Shown: positions 1 to 14,600 of the stretch, in pieces
How the letters are laid out: each line of letters starts with the position of its first letter
Numbering within the stretch: the stretch's first letter is position 1
NCBI GenBank assembly: GCA_951406725.2
Contig: OX597824.1
Span: 67,208,001-67,272,000 of the forward strand
Reading direction: 5' to 3'
From: Octopus vulgaris
Lineage: Eukaryota
Length of the DNA stretch: 64,000 nt
Notes under the pieces: generated by a model
Seen by the model: the letters and a program-made list of their open reading frames with translations, nothing else
Told to the model about the DNA's origin: nothing
Database searches by the model: none
Position numbers and translations under genes: made by a program

Positions 1-457
1 TTAAAACATATCCCAGCACACCACATAATTGTTATTAATCGTGAAATTTAGTCAATATCTTGTTGCTCCTCCTTTGGCAGCAATGACAGCTGCTATGCGG
101 GTCGGCATGCTGTCTATGAGTGCCTGCAGGTACTGTGCAGGGATGGCCCCTCATGCAGCAAGAAGTGCCCCAAACAGCTCGTGTTGGTTCCTGTATTGCT
201 GCACATTCAAATCCCTACCCAATCGACTCCAGAGGTTCTCAGTAGGGTTCAGGTCAGGTGACTGGCCAGCACGTACTCCTCGCCACCAAAGAGGTATCCC
301 GTACTATCTCAACGTATTTTGCTGCGTTGATGTTGCCTTCGACGGCATAGAGCCGCCCAACACCACTGTAGCTGAACGCCCCTCACACCATCAGACCACC
401 CCCACCATGCTTCATGGTGAGCAAATCAAGGGTGCTAATTAATTTCTGACGGTAGTG
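1..457 (-). mobile_element. Internally deleted Tc1-family DNA transposon (continues beyond window start)
   Basis: Minus-strand translation gives Tc1 transposase motifs KHGGGGLMV*GAFSYSGVG, QSPDLNPTENLW and C-terminus LIDSMPTRIAAVIAAKGGATRY* (stop 52-54). Terminus CACTACCGTCAGAAATTAATTAGCACC ends at 457, followed by TA (458-459). Confidence 0.85.
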
Positions 458-3373
458 TATATCATCATCATCATTTGTTTTAGCATCCACTATCCCATGC
501 TCTTCCTGTTGCCAGCTCTCACCTGTTTCCAAGTAAGGTAATATTTCCTCATGACTGGATAAGTTTTCACAGAAGATTGAAACGGCAGTTGTGATCTGTA
601 AGTTGAATTATGTGATCTGGTTTTGATCCGTAGTTGAAAATATTTCAACTGTTTAATTGGAAGGAAGTTGAGACAGATCAGAAATAAATTTTAAGTAATT
701 TTAAGATGTGTAACTCAATGAAACCTCACAATGGTGTAAAGATGTTGCAGATATGAAATATTTTGTAACCAACTGAACTGTAGGGAACATTGCAGATTTT
801 GTTGAATATAGAGGAGGAAGTTAGCCTGGTGGTAAAATTGAACCCTGAACTGCAAGCTAACTGAACACTGATAGTACCATTTCTGTGGTGTTATTGATGT
901 TTAAAGCCAATTTTTAAAAATTTATAAGTTAGTCACAAGAAGAAGAAATGTAGCTTTGTCCTTTGCAACTCCATCTAGATGGAACTGAATTTCTTTCATC
1001 TGAGAAATCTGGTGAGACAGAATATTTATTGAATATTGCTATCACTTCTATGAAGCAAGCTTCAGTAATGGATACATAAGTATACAAAACAGGAGCAAAT
1101 AACAGAGCTTCTTACTACGTATTTATGAACCCTTGTCTCCATAATAATACTAATGCTAAGAATGTATGTATGTTTTAACTTTTTTGTTTTTAAGTACAGT
1201 TGACTGGAATGTTACAGCAAATTATGGCTATGTATAGGCAGAAGCCAGAAGCATGACTATGTATAGGTACAGGCAATTGTGTATATCAGTGCAGGCAATA
1301 GCTATGTGGTTAAAAAGTTCGTTTTGGAACCAAGTGGTTAGGAGTTTGGTCTCATTACTTAAACATCAGCTGATGTTCTATAACTGTGAGTCAACCAGTG
1401 TCTTGTGAGTGAAATTCGTAGAAACTAAAGAAGCCTTGTGTGTGTGTTTCTACATGTGCCTTTGTGCATGAGTTCATATTTCTGCTTGGCACCACGTGTT
1501 TGCTGACTGTATATCAAATAGCAGCCTTGCTATAAATACAGATGGTGTTGTGTGCTTGCAGTCAACCTTGAAAGCATATTCAAACTTATTGACATGTCTT
1601 GATATGTTGCTCAATCTTTGTAAACAAAAACAGGCCCATAACTAATGCCTGAACTGTTGTTCAATAGACCAGGGAAAATATTACCTTGCTTGAAAATGTG
1701 TGATGGTTGGCAACAAGAAGGACATCTATTTGCAGAAAATCTACCTCAACAAATTCTGTCTGACCCATGCAAGTATGGAAAAGTGGGTGCTAAAATTATT
1801 ATAATGATGAATGCTCTTACCAGTTCAAGTCAATAATAATTATTCGATTTAAAGAATGATGAGAGGCACTCGCTATAACTGTTTTTTTTTTATTTTCAAT
1901 CACAGTGCAATTGGGATAAACATTTTCCAATGTATTTTTATGGTTCTAAGACAGTAGAGTGTAATACAAACGTGATTTGTAGTAAGTTGGAGCAATCATG
2001 TATTGGTTGTGGGCAGAAGGTGGTCTTTTTAAAGGAAATCTTTCAGCTTTGACACACAGCTGGTATGTCAAGTTGTGTTCTAAATATCACAGCAATAGTA
2101 TCCATGGTAACCACTGTCTGAAATTGAGTCAATGCAGGCCAAACTAGCTGAAGAAATTAGGACGCAAAACAGTAATTAAGTAAAATAAGAGTATAACTTG
2201 ACATAACACACTAAAGAAGGAAGTTTAATGCTAACAAGCATTTCACTGTAACCTGAATCTGATTACATTACTTCATTACTCTGGGATTGTTTTAAACCAA
2301 TATCTATTTGAATGAACCAGTAAAGAAACCTCTGTTTGGTCATTAAACTTGCTAGAAATAATAGCCAAATCTTTGACATATATCCTACCATTTTTAAAAA
2401 GGGAGAGACCCATTGGACAGTATAATCTCAGGCTTCTGTATCTGTTTTGGCATGGTTTTTATGGCTGGATGTCCTTCCTAACATCAACCACCCTGCAAAG
2501 TAGAGAGTGCTTTTTACATAGCACCAGCACAGGCGAGGTCAGTTTGGCATGGTTTTTATAACTGGATACCCTTCCAAAGACCAATCACTTAATGGCACGG
2601 ACTGGATGCTTTTCATGTGGCATCAAGTAACTTGTAAGACAGGGGATCTTTGAGAGGGGAGGAGACATTGTAGGGGTGATCTTTTGTTAGATAATGAAAT
2701 GTTTGAATGAGACAGAGAGGCAGAAACAGATATCTTACTTTAGAGGAAGTACATGGTTATCCAGCCACACAGAGAAACATCACAACACTGATTACAGGTA
2801 AATTAGCAACAAATCACAACATTGTTCACAAGTGTTTTAGCCATAGATGCATCAAAACATTGATTGGAAGTGACTTAGCCATGGACATGTCACTATCTCT
2901 GTGTCCATGGATAATTGATTTATCTACATGCACATCACAGCAGTGGTTTTAGCTTATACATTGTCAAGCTTTCAGTTTTTATTTATCTCTTTATAAAGAC
3001 TTGGCCAAACATTGGTGGTGGGGACAGCACCCATGAATTTTTTTGGTAGTGTCTCTGTAATTGGTATGAGGACAAGAGGAAGTTATCACTTGATAGGAGA
3101 CACTGTCCTGAATTAATGCAGCAGAATGGACTCTGCTAAAGACATCCAGGGATCAGGTGTGGGTGTCAAACTGGACATGGACTAGGTTAGCATCCTCATT
3201 AATTTGGCTGTAATTATAAGGATTATGGCCAATTTCTAAAAATAGGTGTTGCTGTGTGGTTAAGAACTTCAGTACCTCTGCATTACAACTTGGACAAGTG
3301 TCTTCTACTAAGCCTTGTGAGTAGATTTGACAGATGGAAACTGAAAGAAGCCTATCGTGTGTGTCTGTGCATA

Positions 3374-3589
3374 CAAGGAGGTATTGAAAAGTTTCTGGCT
3401 TTGAGGGTATTGTGAAAGGCCTGGTTGGAGGCCCAACCATTCGAGTTCTTTTACAGGGATTAGAAAAACTGAAGAACCGGTGCAATAAGTGTGTGAATCT
3501 GGGAGGGGAATATGATGAATAAAATCATCATTAACTGATCCTCCTGTATTTTCTTTTACCTAAAGCCAGAATTTTTCAGTACCATCTCG
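3374..3589 (+). mobile_element. Mariner-derived MITE, copy 1
   Basis: TA-flanked; TIRs GGTATTGAAAAGTTTCTGGCTTT / AAAGCCAGAATTTTTCAGTACC; interior encodes a mariner-like C-terminus LQGLEKLKNRCNKCVNLGGEYDE*. Homologous copies at 23513 and 53438. Confidence 0.8.
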
Positions 3590-4129
3590 TATATAGTGTG
3601 TATGTGCATATATGTTGTGTGTGTGCATGTTTGCCTCTCCTTTTCTTGTCGATGCATGATTTTTGAAAATGAATGTCACCGTCATATAGGCAGTATCATT
3701 TACTTTCATTATTCTGTAAAAAAATATTTGTCCATGGAGATTATTACCTTGCTTAGAAACAGATGAGTGTTGGCAACAAGAAGGGCATCCAGTTATAGAA
3801 AGTCTGCTTCAGTACATTCGACCTGACCTATGTAAGCATGGGAAAGTGAACGTTAAACAACGACGACGATCATAAACTTGGACTTGTTTGTGTTACAGAA
3901 CTCATAGGATGGGATATCTGACAGATATTAGACATGCGTGTCTCTCAATCGTAATGTTTGATTAACTGGCTATAATTTTAATGTGGAACAGGCACTTGAG
4001 GATATATTGACGGATCAGGTTTTTGGGCTGCAACCTAGAGTGACGATTACTTAATGTTTCTCCGTTAGATGTCTTTAATAATAGAAGTGAACTGAACTGA
4101 AAGGGCTCAAATTACGCATTTATTTCTCC

Positions 4130-5086
4130 TCTTCTGTGGAATTCACCTTTCGTTTTTGCTTGTCACTGATACCCTTGACAAGTAAAAAATGTCATTCAAT
4201 CAGTTCTCCCGTTCTCTTACACTTACGGTACTGTGATTCTGTAAGATATACTACTTACAACTTCTTCCTCCGTTTCTCTCCCCCCTCCAAGCTGCCGGCT
4301 ACGCCGCCGCATAAAGAAGTTCATTACAACGTAATATTATGTCAAGGTAGATTACTCGTTTCAGCCTATTGCTTTGGAGTTTTATTATCTCCCTTACTCT
4401 ACCTTCATTTAGACTCTCGCATTTCTGCAACTGAGAAACTTTTGCCATGGAGTTTAAAACTTATTCTTGTTATTTATTTATGAATTATATTATATATTTA
4501 TTTTTGTAATGTATATATGTGTATACACACAAAACCAGACACAAAATAATTTCCATATACCGAAGAAGTTGTTTGTATAATTTCGTATTTAAATACTTTT
4601 TTATCTTTTTTTTTTGGCGTGTGCTTGTGAGCAAACATTTACGAAGTTTTATTAAAGTTGTATTTTAGGAGCTGAAACATTTTCTTGAAGGTTTGTTGTT
4701 CTTACTGTTTCGTAATCTTGCATTCATCGTGGAGAGACAAATTATTTTGAGCCAACAAAAACACGATTAAAACAAACAAACAAACTATATTACGAAAAGA
4801 AATATTACACGCTAGGAATTTCTCGAACACGAAAATTGTTTTGAAGAGATATATATATATATATATATAGTTGCCGTTGAAAGAAATATATGTGATATTA
4901 GTATTAATAAGTATTTAAAAAATTCTTACAAAGAGGAGGAATCGTATACCTTTTTACTATGAGGAATATCTATTATCGTCATGTCTGTGGTCATCGTCAA
5001 TAGCTGCAATAGGATTAATAAAAGCGACGTTTAATAAATAAAGACAGACAAGAAGAGGGGGAAATATTAAAACTGATGCCAATGCG
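4130..5086 (+). promoter_or_regulatory. Probable STYX promoter / 5' UTR region
   Basis: Local CpG enrichment (e.g. GCTGCCGGCTACGCCGCCGC near 4291-4310) in otherwise CpG-poor DNA, directly upstream of the STYX start exon. The TSS is not determinable. Confidence 0.4.
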
Positions 5087-5113
5087 ATGAACTATGAAGA
5101 TGACTATTTCGAG
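5087..5113 (+). CDS. STYX: STYX coding exon 1 (MNYEDDYFE)
   Basis: First in-frame ATG after TAA at 5039-5041; strong donor GAG|GTAAGT; phase 0 fits exon 2. Confidence 0.7.
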
Positions 5114-5578
5114 GTAAGTGGTGTCAAAAATTAATCGACATCGTGTGTGTGTGGATTTCTATATATAATCAGTAGTGAAATTATGTTAGTGATTTAAGGA
5201 CCTAGAGTTTACTGACTGCAACACCGCTTGCTCTGGCACGAAAATCTGGGCCCTTGAATCATTTCTGTAGTTTCAGAGCGAATAAATATATATATACTTT
5301 ATATATTTGAGTTCTATTGCTCCCGTGTAATATGACCAAATCTTTTTCTCATGGCAATCTTTCGGAGAAAGTATTTTAAAAGTGAAAGCATTTGTTAGGT
5401 AATTACCGTGAATAAACTTTTCTTCAAGTTAATCGTTTATTTTATGTATGTATTATGTGTTTATATATGTATGTATGTATATTTGTATGTGCATACATAT
5501 ACAGTCTCAAACATAAATACATACATGCACATAAACGCATACATACATGCACATAAACGCATACATACATACATACAT

Positions 5579-5617
<39 letters not shown>

Positions 5618-8600
5618 TACACATATAAGCAATCGATTCGGCTGAAAAAATTAAAGAAACATTAACAGAAATTGCTGATACAGGCACCTGGAACAAGTGT
5701 CGGAAAGACTTCCTCCCCCACCACTTTCTCGCAAATTGTTTTTTTTTTTTTTGCCATAAACCCAAGTTTTCGAATACGGAGATTCCGGAAAATTGCCAAA
5801 AATCGAAATTTTGAAATGTTTGGGCCCCCTTCCCCCTAACCTTAAGTAGAGAAATTTTTGGCAACTTTTTCAGAATCATAATCTCCGTATTTTCCGCATA
5901 TTTTGAAAAAAAAGAACATTCTGAAAAAAGTTAAAAATGAAGAATTTAGGGGTGGGGGTAATTTCAAAATCCCGATTTTTGCCAATTTTTTGGCAGATTC
6001 GTATTCTCCGTAGCCGAAAACGGGCGTTTGTGTAGAAAAAAAAAAAAAAAAAAAAGGCGTGTTGGGCAGGGTACAAAAGGAAGTCTTGCCCAAAGGTCTT
6101 CTACAGCCCCAAGTCAACCAAAGCCTTGTCATTGGATATGGCTGACTGAAAGAAGCTTGACCTGTGCGTGCACGCGTATGTCTGTGTGTTTGTTTACATT
6201 TGTGCTATGAACGGCAATGCTATTCCCATTAACAAGAAATCGTCCATTCCCTTCACGCCTTCAAAGTTGTGTGAATAAGAATCCCTTACTTCAGATACAT
6301 GTAATGGGTTAGCAACAGGAAGGATATCTGGCTATAAAGCAATGCTACAGAAATATTTTCGTCTAGTCCAGAGTAGCACAGGAAAATGGATGTAAAATGG
6401 GGCCGAATACCCTTCCTGTCACCAACCCTTACCTGCTTCCAAGCAAGGTAATATTTTTCCATGGCCACACATGCTTTTGCAGAATTTTGGAAATGAATGG
6501 CACTCCTTGTATGACTGTGACACTTATTTACAACTATCATACGATGTCAGCATGATGATAGACACACACATATATAACTCTCACACACAACGGGCTTCTT
6601 TCAGTTTTTGCCTACCATATACACTCACACAGTTTGGTTTGTTCAATGCTATAGGAGAAAACCCTTGCCGATGGTAGCAAGCAGTGAAACTGAAGCAGAA
6701 ACCTCATGGTTGGAAGCAAACTTCTTGACCATACACTGACACATCATCATCATCATCATCATTTAACGTCTGCTTTCCATGCTAGCATGGGTTGGACGGT
6801 TCAACTGGGGTCTGGGAAGCCAGAAGGCTGCACCAGGCCCAGTCTGATCTGGCAGTGTTTCTACAGCTGGATGCCCTTCCTAACGCCAACCACTCCGTAA
6901 GTGTAGTAGGTGCTTTTTACGTGCCACCGGCACAGGTGCCAGACGAGGCTGGCAAACGTCCACGATCGAATGGTGCTTTTAACGTGCCACCAGCACGGAG
7001 GCCAGACGAGGCTGGCAACGGCCACACATCTGTCTCTATATTTATGTACCACACATTTGTGTATGTATGTGTGTGTATACACATTAAGAGTGCATAGAGT
7101 ATTTGTGAATACAACTTTAGCAGGCTGTAAATGCAGTGTGACAGCACATGCCAAATTTTCACTGTTTCATTTCTTTGGGTATATTGATGACTTCAGTGTG
7201 GCAGATTCCAATCTGACAAGAAATATTTAAAAAAATTACAAGAAAAGACATGCTCATGGCTCCTACCACCAATCACGGCAACTCGGGTGTCTCCAAGGTT
7301 CCTGAATATGGCTAGTTTCTTGAGCTTGAAGCCTTTAGTTGTAACATTTTATGTATGTTGTCTGCGGTCCAGAGAAAGAAACATTGTCTTTGATCAAACA
7401 TTGTCAGGATGGCTGATTCCAGTACATTAGCCACAACTTTAATGAATTGGTGAGGGCCATCAACAAGTGGCTTAAGATGGCAGGGTCCACTGCCAGACAA
7501 GACATCAGGTATAAGTGCAAGGTGGTGAGGGGGAGGGCAGTTTATATCTGGTAAGTCTTATGTGATCTGGTTGAAGTGTTTGCTGAACAAGCTTAAACAC
7601 CCCATGAAACCTGTTATGCTCTAGATTTTCTCTGATGAGAACATTGACCAAGAAGATGAACAGGGGGAAATGATTGATTGCTCATTGGTACTTACAGTGA
7701 AAGCACCATGTTCCTATTGACTCTGGTGATCTCCTTCCTTTGACCAACCACTTTACTGAGCGTTCTGGGTGCACTTTATCAAGGTACCAACACTAGCACT
7801 GTTGTTTTGTCCTCAGCAAGACTAAAGTTTTCCCTCTAACCTTTAGTGTTCACTGTTACTTGAAAGATATCTTATCCCTTGTGTATGTGCTTGTATGTAT
7901 ATATACACACACACACACAATTATTTTTTTGTCTACCTAATGATTTTGAGCCCAACACCTGAACCACACACCTATGCTTAGAGATAAAGAAGTATGGCTA
8001 AAATTGCAGGCACAACTTTATAGTACCTAATTTTAGATGAAATAGTGGGAGGTTTTACTGTAGTGGAATTAATAAGGATATCTTTGGGCATCCGATAGAT
8101 TAATCTTCCAAATTCTACCAATTGACTGGCCTGTTTCGTTTTTCTGTCTCAAATTAATAATAATGTCTTATGTTACATTGAAGTTTCAGCAATTAATTTG
8201 TATTTCTGTAAAACTTCTCAGTTGCATTTCTTTATGTTTCTATTTTTAGGACTGGTCTTACTCGATGAGGAGAGAAATGCAGGTATTGTGTACCCTTATA
8301 GATATCATCATCATTTAACCCAAGATTCTGAGTTTGATTCCAGGCAGTGACCTGAATAATGATTATAATAATAACATTGAAAAATACCTTAGGAATGAGA
8401 ACCCAGGTTCGAAATTTCCCCGAAACACTTGATGAAGGCTGGAGGGTATATCAGCCAAAACATTGTGTTAACAACAAACAAGATGAGGACAAATATCTGT
8501 CAAATGTAAATAATGTAAATAACGTGTTCATTAGTTGTTTGACACCTTCCTACTTCCACTTCATCTCCTTACCATGACAGCAAAATTATTATATGTGTAT

Positions 8601-11600
8601 AGCTATTTCTTTACTACCCATAAGGGGCTAAACACAGAGAGGACAAACAAGGACAGACAAACGGATTAAGTCGATTACATCGACCCCAGTGCGTAACTGG
8701 TACTTATTTAATCGACCCCGAAAGGATGAAAGGCAAAGTTGACCTCGGCGGAATTTGAACTCAGAACGTAGCGGCAGACAAAATACGGCTAAGCATTTCG
8801 CCTGGCGTGCTAACGTTTCTGCCAGCTCACCGCCTTATTATATGTGTATAGCACCACTGTTATTATCATCTCTTTTCAACCAACACTAACATTACCAACA
8901 AGAAGTAGAGCTTGACATGCTGGAGATAACTGCCAAATCTCAAGTTATGTCCTATCATCTTTGAGGAAAATGACACATAGGATTATGTGATTTTGCCTGC
9001 ACTGTCCCTGGGTGAGAAACAGAATGGTCATCGCTGAAATACTTTTGATCATAGGCCTGGTAGGTAGGGATAACCTGGAGCTAAACAACTATCACCACCA
9101 CCATTACCACTAACTTTACAATAATAATACCATCATTGCTATCACCATCACAACACCTCAAAATCCCATGAGGAACATCAGCCAAATTTCCCCTCAGTTG
9201 AAGGATACATTGGATATTGTAGTCCTCGGTACATTATGTTTGAATAAAAGAAAAGTCAGCTATGGTTAGAATATTTTTGATTGTAAGTCTGCTTGATTAG
9301 GGTCAAGGTGAGGCTAATAACCAACACATCTATACTACCATCACCACTATTGTCGATACTAAGCTTATATTCTCTTTTATACAGGAAATTGTCCCTGGAC
9401 TGTTTCTTGGACCGTATGCTGCTGCCATGAAGAACAAAGTAAGTACTTCCCCTTCTAACCAGTAAAGGACTATATGGGGTCTGTGGTCTTGTGTTAGATT
9501 TTAAAATTATTATTTGTAATGCAAACCTGTAAAATGGAGACATAACAGAGCTCAAACAAAATACCATGTGGGTTATTTAGTTACACCCCTTTATGTTCTA
9601 CAGTAAAATCCACTTGGGTCCTAGAGTCAGGTTTACTGTCCATCAATAATAAATAAATCTTTTATTCTTTTCCTCTAATTTGCTAGGCCTGGAGGAAGAG
9701 GCTGTGCCCATAGCCTTCACAGGTTTCGTTAGACTGGTGAGATTGATACCACTAATGTTCCTCAATGCATAATTGACAAGATGAGGAAAATATCCATCAA
9801 TTGTAAATAATGGAATATTATTTTACTTGGAAACAGGTGGCTGTTGGCTACAGGAAGGGTATCCAGCTGTAGAAAATCTGCCTTAAATTCCATTTGACAC
9901 CTATGCAAGCCTGAAACAGTGGTGATGATGTTCATCACTAAAGATGTTAATTGTTTGAAGGATTATCATCTCATTAACAATTTATTTTTAGTCATTTATT
10001 TAATGAATTTGTTGTTAATGTTGTTGTAACATATTTTCTTATGTTTCCTACTTTCTCTCTCTCTCTGTATTCTTCTAGTATGAGACTCTAAAGAAACATG
10101 GAATCACACACATTGTCTGTATTCGGCAAGATGTGGAAGCTCGATTTATCCGTCCAAATTTCCTGCAGCATTTTGTGTGAGTATTTCTGTTAAAAGCAAG
10201 ATTGCATGTGTATGCATACGTATGAGAGTGCCTTCTTGCCTATTATATATAAAGCACTCAGTTCATTCTGTAAGGTAGTTGGCATTAGGAAGGTAATCCA
10301 GCCGCAAAAACTCTGCTTGCATGATAGTGACACTTATTGCAACTATCACAAGGCAAGGAGAGAGTAACAAATACATACACATATTTGATAGGCTTCTTTC
10401 AGTTTCTGTCTACCAAACCCACTCACAATGTTTTGGTTGGTTCAGGGCTACAGTAGCAGACATTTGCCCAAGGTACCAAGCAGTGGGACTGAACCCAAAA
10501 CCATGTGGCTAGGAAGCAACCTATTTACCACACAGCAACACCTGTGTGTGTGTGTGTCTCTCTCTTTCTCTTTATCTTGACATCAATCAATATTTATAAA
10601 AGAACATCACCATCATACAATTGGAGTCTCTCATCGTTAGTCTTCATTGAAAACATGTCTTGTTAAATGGTAATATTACCTTGCTTAGAAATGAGGGTTG
10701 ATAACATGAACGGCATCTGGTTGTTGGAAACTTGCTTCTAGTAATTCCATATTACCCATTGCAAGTGTGGAAAAGTGCATGTTAAAATGGTGATAATGAT
10801 CTAAATATGTGAATGTGTGTGAGAAAGAGAGAGAGAGCCTTTGTATATAAATGTCAATTCTGTATATCAACATCATTAGCACAATGTGAGCGGACGATGG
10901 TGGAATAAAAACTACTCTAGTTGATAGAACTGGTGATAGAAAGAGTACCCAGCCACAGATAATTTCCTTCAATGTGTTTCATCTAACCCATGCCAGCTTA
11001 GCAAAATGGATGTAAAAAAAACCATGATATATTATTGTTTGTTGTGTTAATCTTGTTTTTTCTTTCTTTGTAGATATTTACTGCTCAATATTGCTGATAA
11101 ACCCACAGAAAATATTATTCAACATTTCAAAAAGGTATCATGAATTTATTCATTTTCTGCTATTTCAGTTGTTTTTCCTTCTTTGGACAATGTTATTGTT
11201 TAACCCTTTTGATACCAGTTTTCTTGAGACTATCCCTTGGTTTCTCTGTTTTAAAGTGATCTAAATTGTCTCAAATTTTTGGCACAAGGTCAACAGTTTT
11301 ATGAGTAAGGGATTTGTTGATTACACTGAATCTCATTCTTGACTGATACTTTATTTTATTGACCTTGAGAGGATGAAAACCAAAGTTAACTTTGATGGGA
11401 ATTGAAGTCAGAACAGAAATTGCTGGATGAAATGCTGCTAAGCATTTTGTCTGCTGCACAAACTATTCTGCTAGCTCACTGTCTCGAAAGTGATCTAAAT
11501 TAAAACATCCCATCAATATTTTTGGATAGTTTATGTTCCAAACACCAGCCCAATAATGACAAGGTTATTTTACTAAGGTCTTCATTATTTTCAGTAATAA

Positions 11601-14600
11601 TTGAGGCAGAGGCAGTGTATTTTAACAGAAACATGGTAACAAATAGTTAACCCTTATTTTCAACCTTCACTGGGCAAGTATTATATTAAAAGACATTCCA
11701 GGCATGTTTAGCCTGTCTTTTTCTTTTTAGGCATAATGTATCAAGGACTACTTTATTCAGATGTTAGGATGGTATCTGATGAAGATTTGATAGCTGCTAT
11801 GATTTCTGGTATGTCAAACGTAAGTGTGGTAACTCCCCAGTTATCAGTCAGTTATTTGGATGTTTATCTGAAATAACAAAGAACCAGGTTACAACTACTG
11901 TGCCCTTAGACAAGGCATATGACTCTACTTTCCTTCAGTCTTTCCAGGGAAAGAAATAATGTAGTGCTGGAAAAGTACTTGGTAAAATTAAAGAGCTTGC
12001 CAAGTTGGTCTTTATGTTCTGAATTCTAATTCTAATGAGGTTGACTTTGTCTTTCAGCCTTTCGTGGTTGATGAAATAAGTATCAGATGAGCACTGGGGT
12101 TGATGTAAGCAACTAACCACCTCCCCTAAAATTTCAGGCCTTTTGCCTTTAATAGAAAGGATTATTATTATTAAGAAAGCACTACATAAGGGATATATGT
12201 ATATATAAAATAGCTTAGTCATTATTCAGTCTATTTGTAATCAAGCTAAAAAATGGTAAATATTCATGCATAGAATATGTTTTAAAAGATTACACAATAC
12301 CTTTAATAGTAAAATTCCTAAACTGGAATAAATAATGTTGCTGCAAGAAAGAGGTAAAATCTAATGTTTTATTGGTAAGATTGTTCCTTTGTTGGAAAAA
12401 TGTTAGAATTCTTTTCCTCATAGTGAAATAATGTATTCCAGTGTGTAAACATTTCATACTTTCTATTTGCTGATACAGACCAACTCTACTTTCTATGGAT
12501 TCTTTTGCTATTTACTATAATCTATATTGATTCTGTTTCACTTCTATATCTTTAATAGTCGGTTCCATATTTTTCACAGGTGAAGGACTTTCTAGATGAC
12601 TGCTTTCGACAAGGTGGCCGGGCTCTTGTGCATGGAAATGCTGGCATATCAAGAAGGTAAAAAAAAACCATACAGCCTATATTAATCAGTAAATATTTTT
12701 GTAAAAAATGTCAAACTGTCTGATGTTAAGACAAAGATACACAGTCATGCACACACATATATACAGTGGCGTTATAGTAGAAGACGCCTGCCCAAAGTAA
12801 CATAGTGCCGACTTCTTAACACAACCATGCCTGTATTAGGTAATGGTGACTTCAGGGATATTTAGCTGCTATTCCTGACAATTTGAATGACTACATACAG
12901 ACTGCCTTGTCTTTGAAGGCACAGTCAGTAGTGCCAGATCCAGAATTTCTCACAACCCATCCTTGGAACATTTACTCTGAGTAGCAGATGTATATACAGT
13001 TGGCTGGTGGTTCCTCCCAGCATTTACTGTACACCAGTAATTTGCAACAAACAATTGGAGTTATTATTGCTTATCTTCAGAAAAGTGGCATTATATATGA
13101 GCAATAACCTTACCACCACCACTCATCACTGTCGTCATTAGTTTACTATTACCCACTTCCCCCCACACACACACCTTCTCTAACATTTCTATTGCCACAA
13201 ACATGTTATTTGTTACCTTGTGCGCATAGGTGAAAGCAGGGTATTGTAGTTGCTCATCTTTGTCTGTGTGTTTGCAAAATTACTGGAAAATGGCTGAACA
13301 GATTTTCTCCAAATTTGGCAAAAATACTCATTGGGTGAGTGGCTTGAACTCATTAAATTTTGGTTTGGTGAATCAAAATGTTTTTTTACTTTATTTACAT
13401 AGGCATAAATAATACGCAGGGAAAATAACTCTTTTGTTGAAATATGAATTCGTCTGAGATTATGAAATTAAATTTTATTTTATCCTTGTGTGTGTACAGG
13501 ATATGCTTCACCTCTCTGATACCATTTTTTTCATTATTATTACTGTCTCCCAAATATTTATTATATTTATTTTAAACATGTTGTTTATATACAGGCATAC
13601 ATACATTCATGTGTGTGTGTATATATATATATGATTTTATATTTATTTAAATTTTTTTTCTCTTACCAGTGCTGCCATGGTAATAGCTTTCATAATGGAA
13701 AGATATAGTCTGTCGTATCGGTAAGTAATAAACATTTGCTGGTTTTGTAGTTAAGTTCATATGTTTTTACATCTGTTTTGATGTTTTGGTTTACTGCTAG
13801 ATGCCCTTCCTGCTATTAATGCTTACTTGTTTTTCTCAAGCCAGGGTGTTTTGCATGTTTTTGAAAGTGCAGAGCTACCAGAAAATTTCTTGGCAAGAAA
13901 TGATTACAGAGAACAACAAAAGGTCTCTCTCTCTCTCTCTGAGAAAAGGCTGATTGTATGAGTGTATGGACTACATTGCTACATGGGTTGGACATGGATC
14001 TGATGGGTCCAAAGACTGCATTGTGTTCTGTCAGCTTTGGCATGGTTTCTAGGGCTGGATGTTCTTCCTAATGCCAACCACTTTACAATGTGTAGTGGGT
14101 GTTTTTTTTTCTTGTGCAACTAGCACATGTTAAGTTGCCAAGTAACTTGCAAGACAGGAAAGATAAAGTAAAAGGAAAGCTCCCTTGACTAAGTGGGAGA
14201 GTATTTGAGAGGGTGGAAGGAGATTTTGTATCAGTGTGATGACACTACTTATGTCAGTTGCGAAGTCCAATGTTTGATAATATGTAAAGTTATGATATTG
14301 CTTCTACCTCTTTACAGCCAAGCCTCCTCTCATGTACAGCTAAGACGGTTCTGTATAAATCCAAATGAAGGCTTTGTACGACAGCTCATGGTAAGTAACA
14401 AAACTAGTAGCTTCATGTCTCTCTTTCCATTCCTCCCAACTCTTTTTTGTTTTTGTCTGCCATCTTTGTTATCACCTCTATCATCATTATTATTGTTTCA
14501 GAGAATTCAAATTCACTATTTTTTTTCTGGCTCTTTACAGCTTGAATTCAAATCCCATTAAGGTGAACTTTGCCTTTCATCTCTCTAGTGTCAATAAAAT

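Noticed and set aside
560-1150. Coding-looking stretches (also 7250-7860, 15720-16400, 26880-27230)
   Set aside because: Multiple stops and no motif I could assign with confidence; probably ancient repeat debris.
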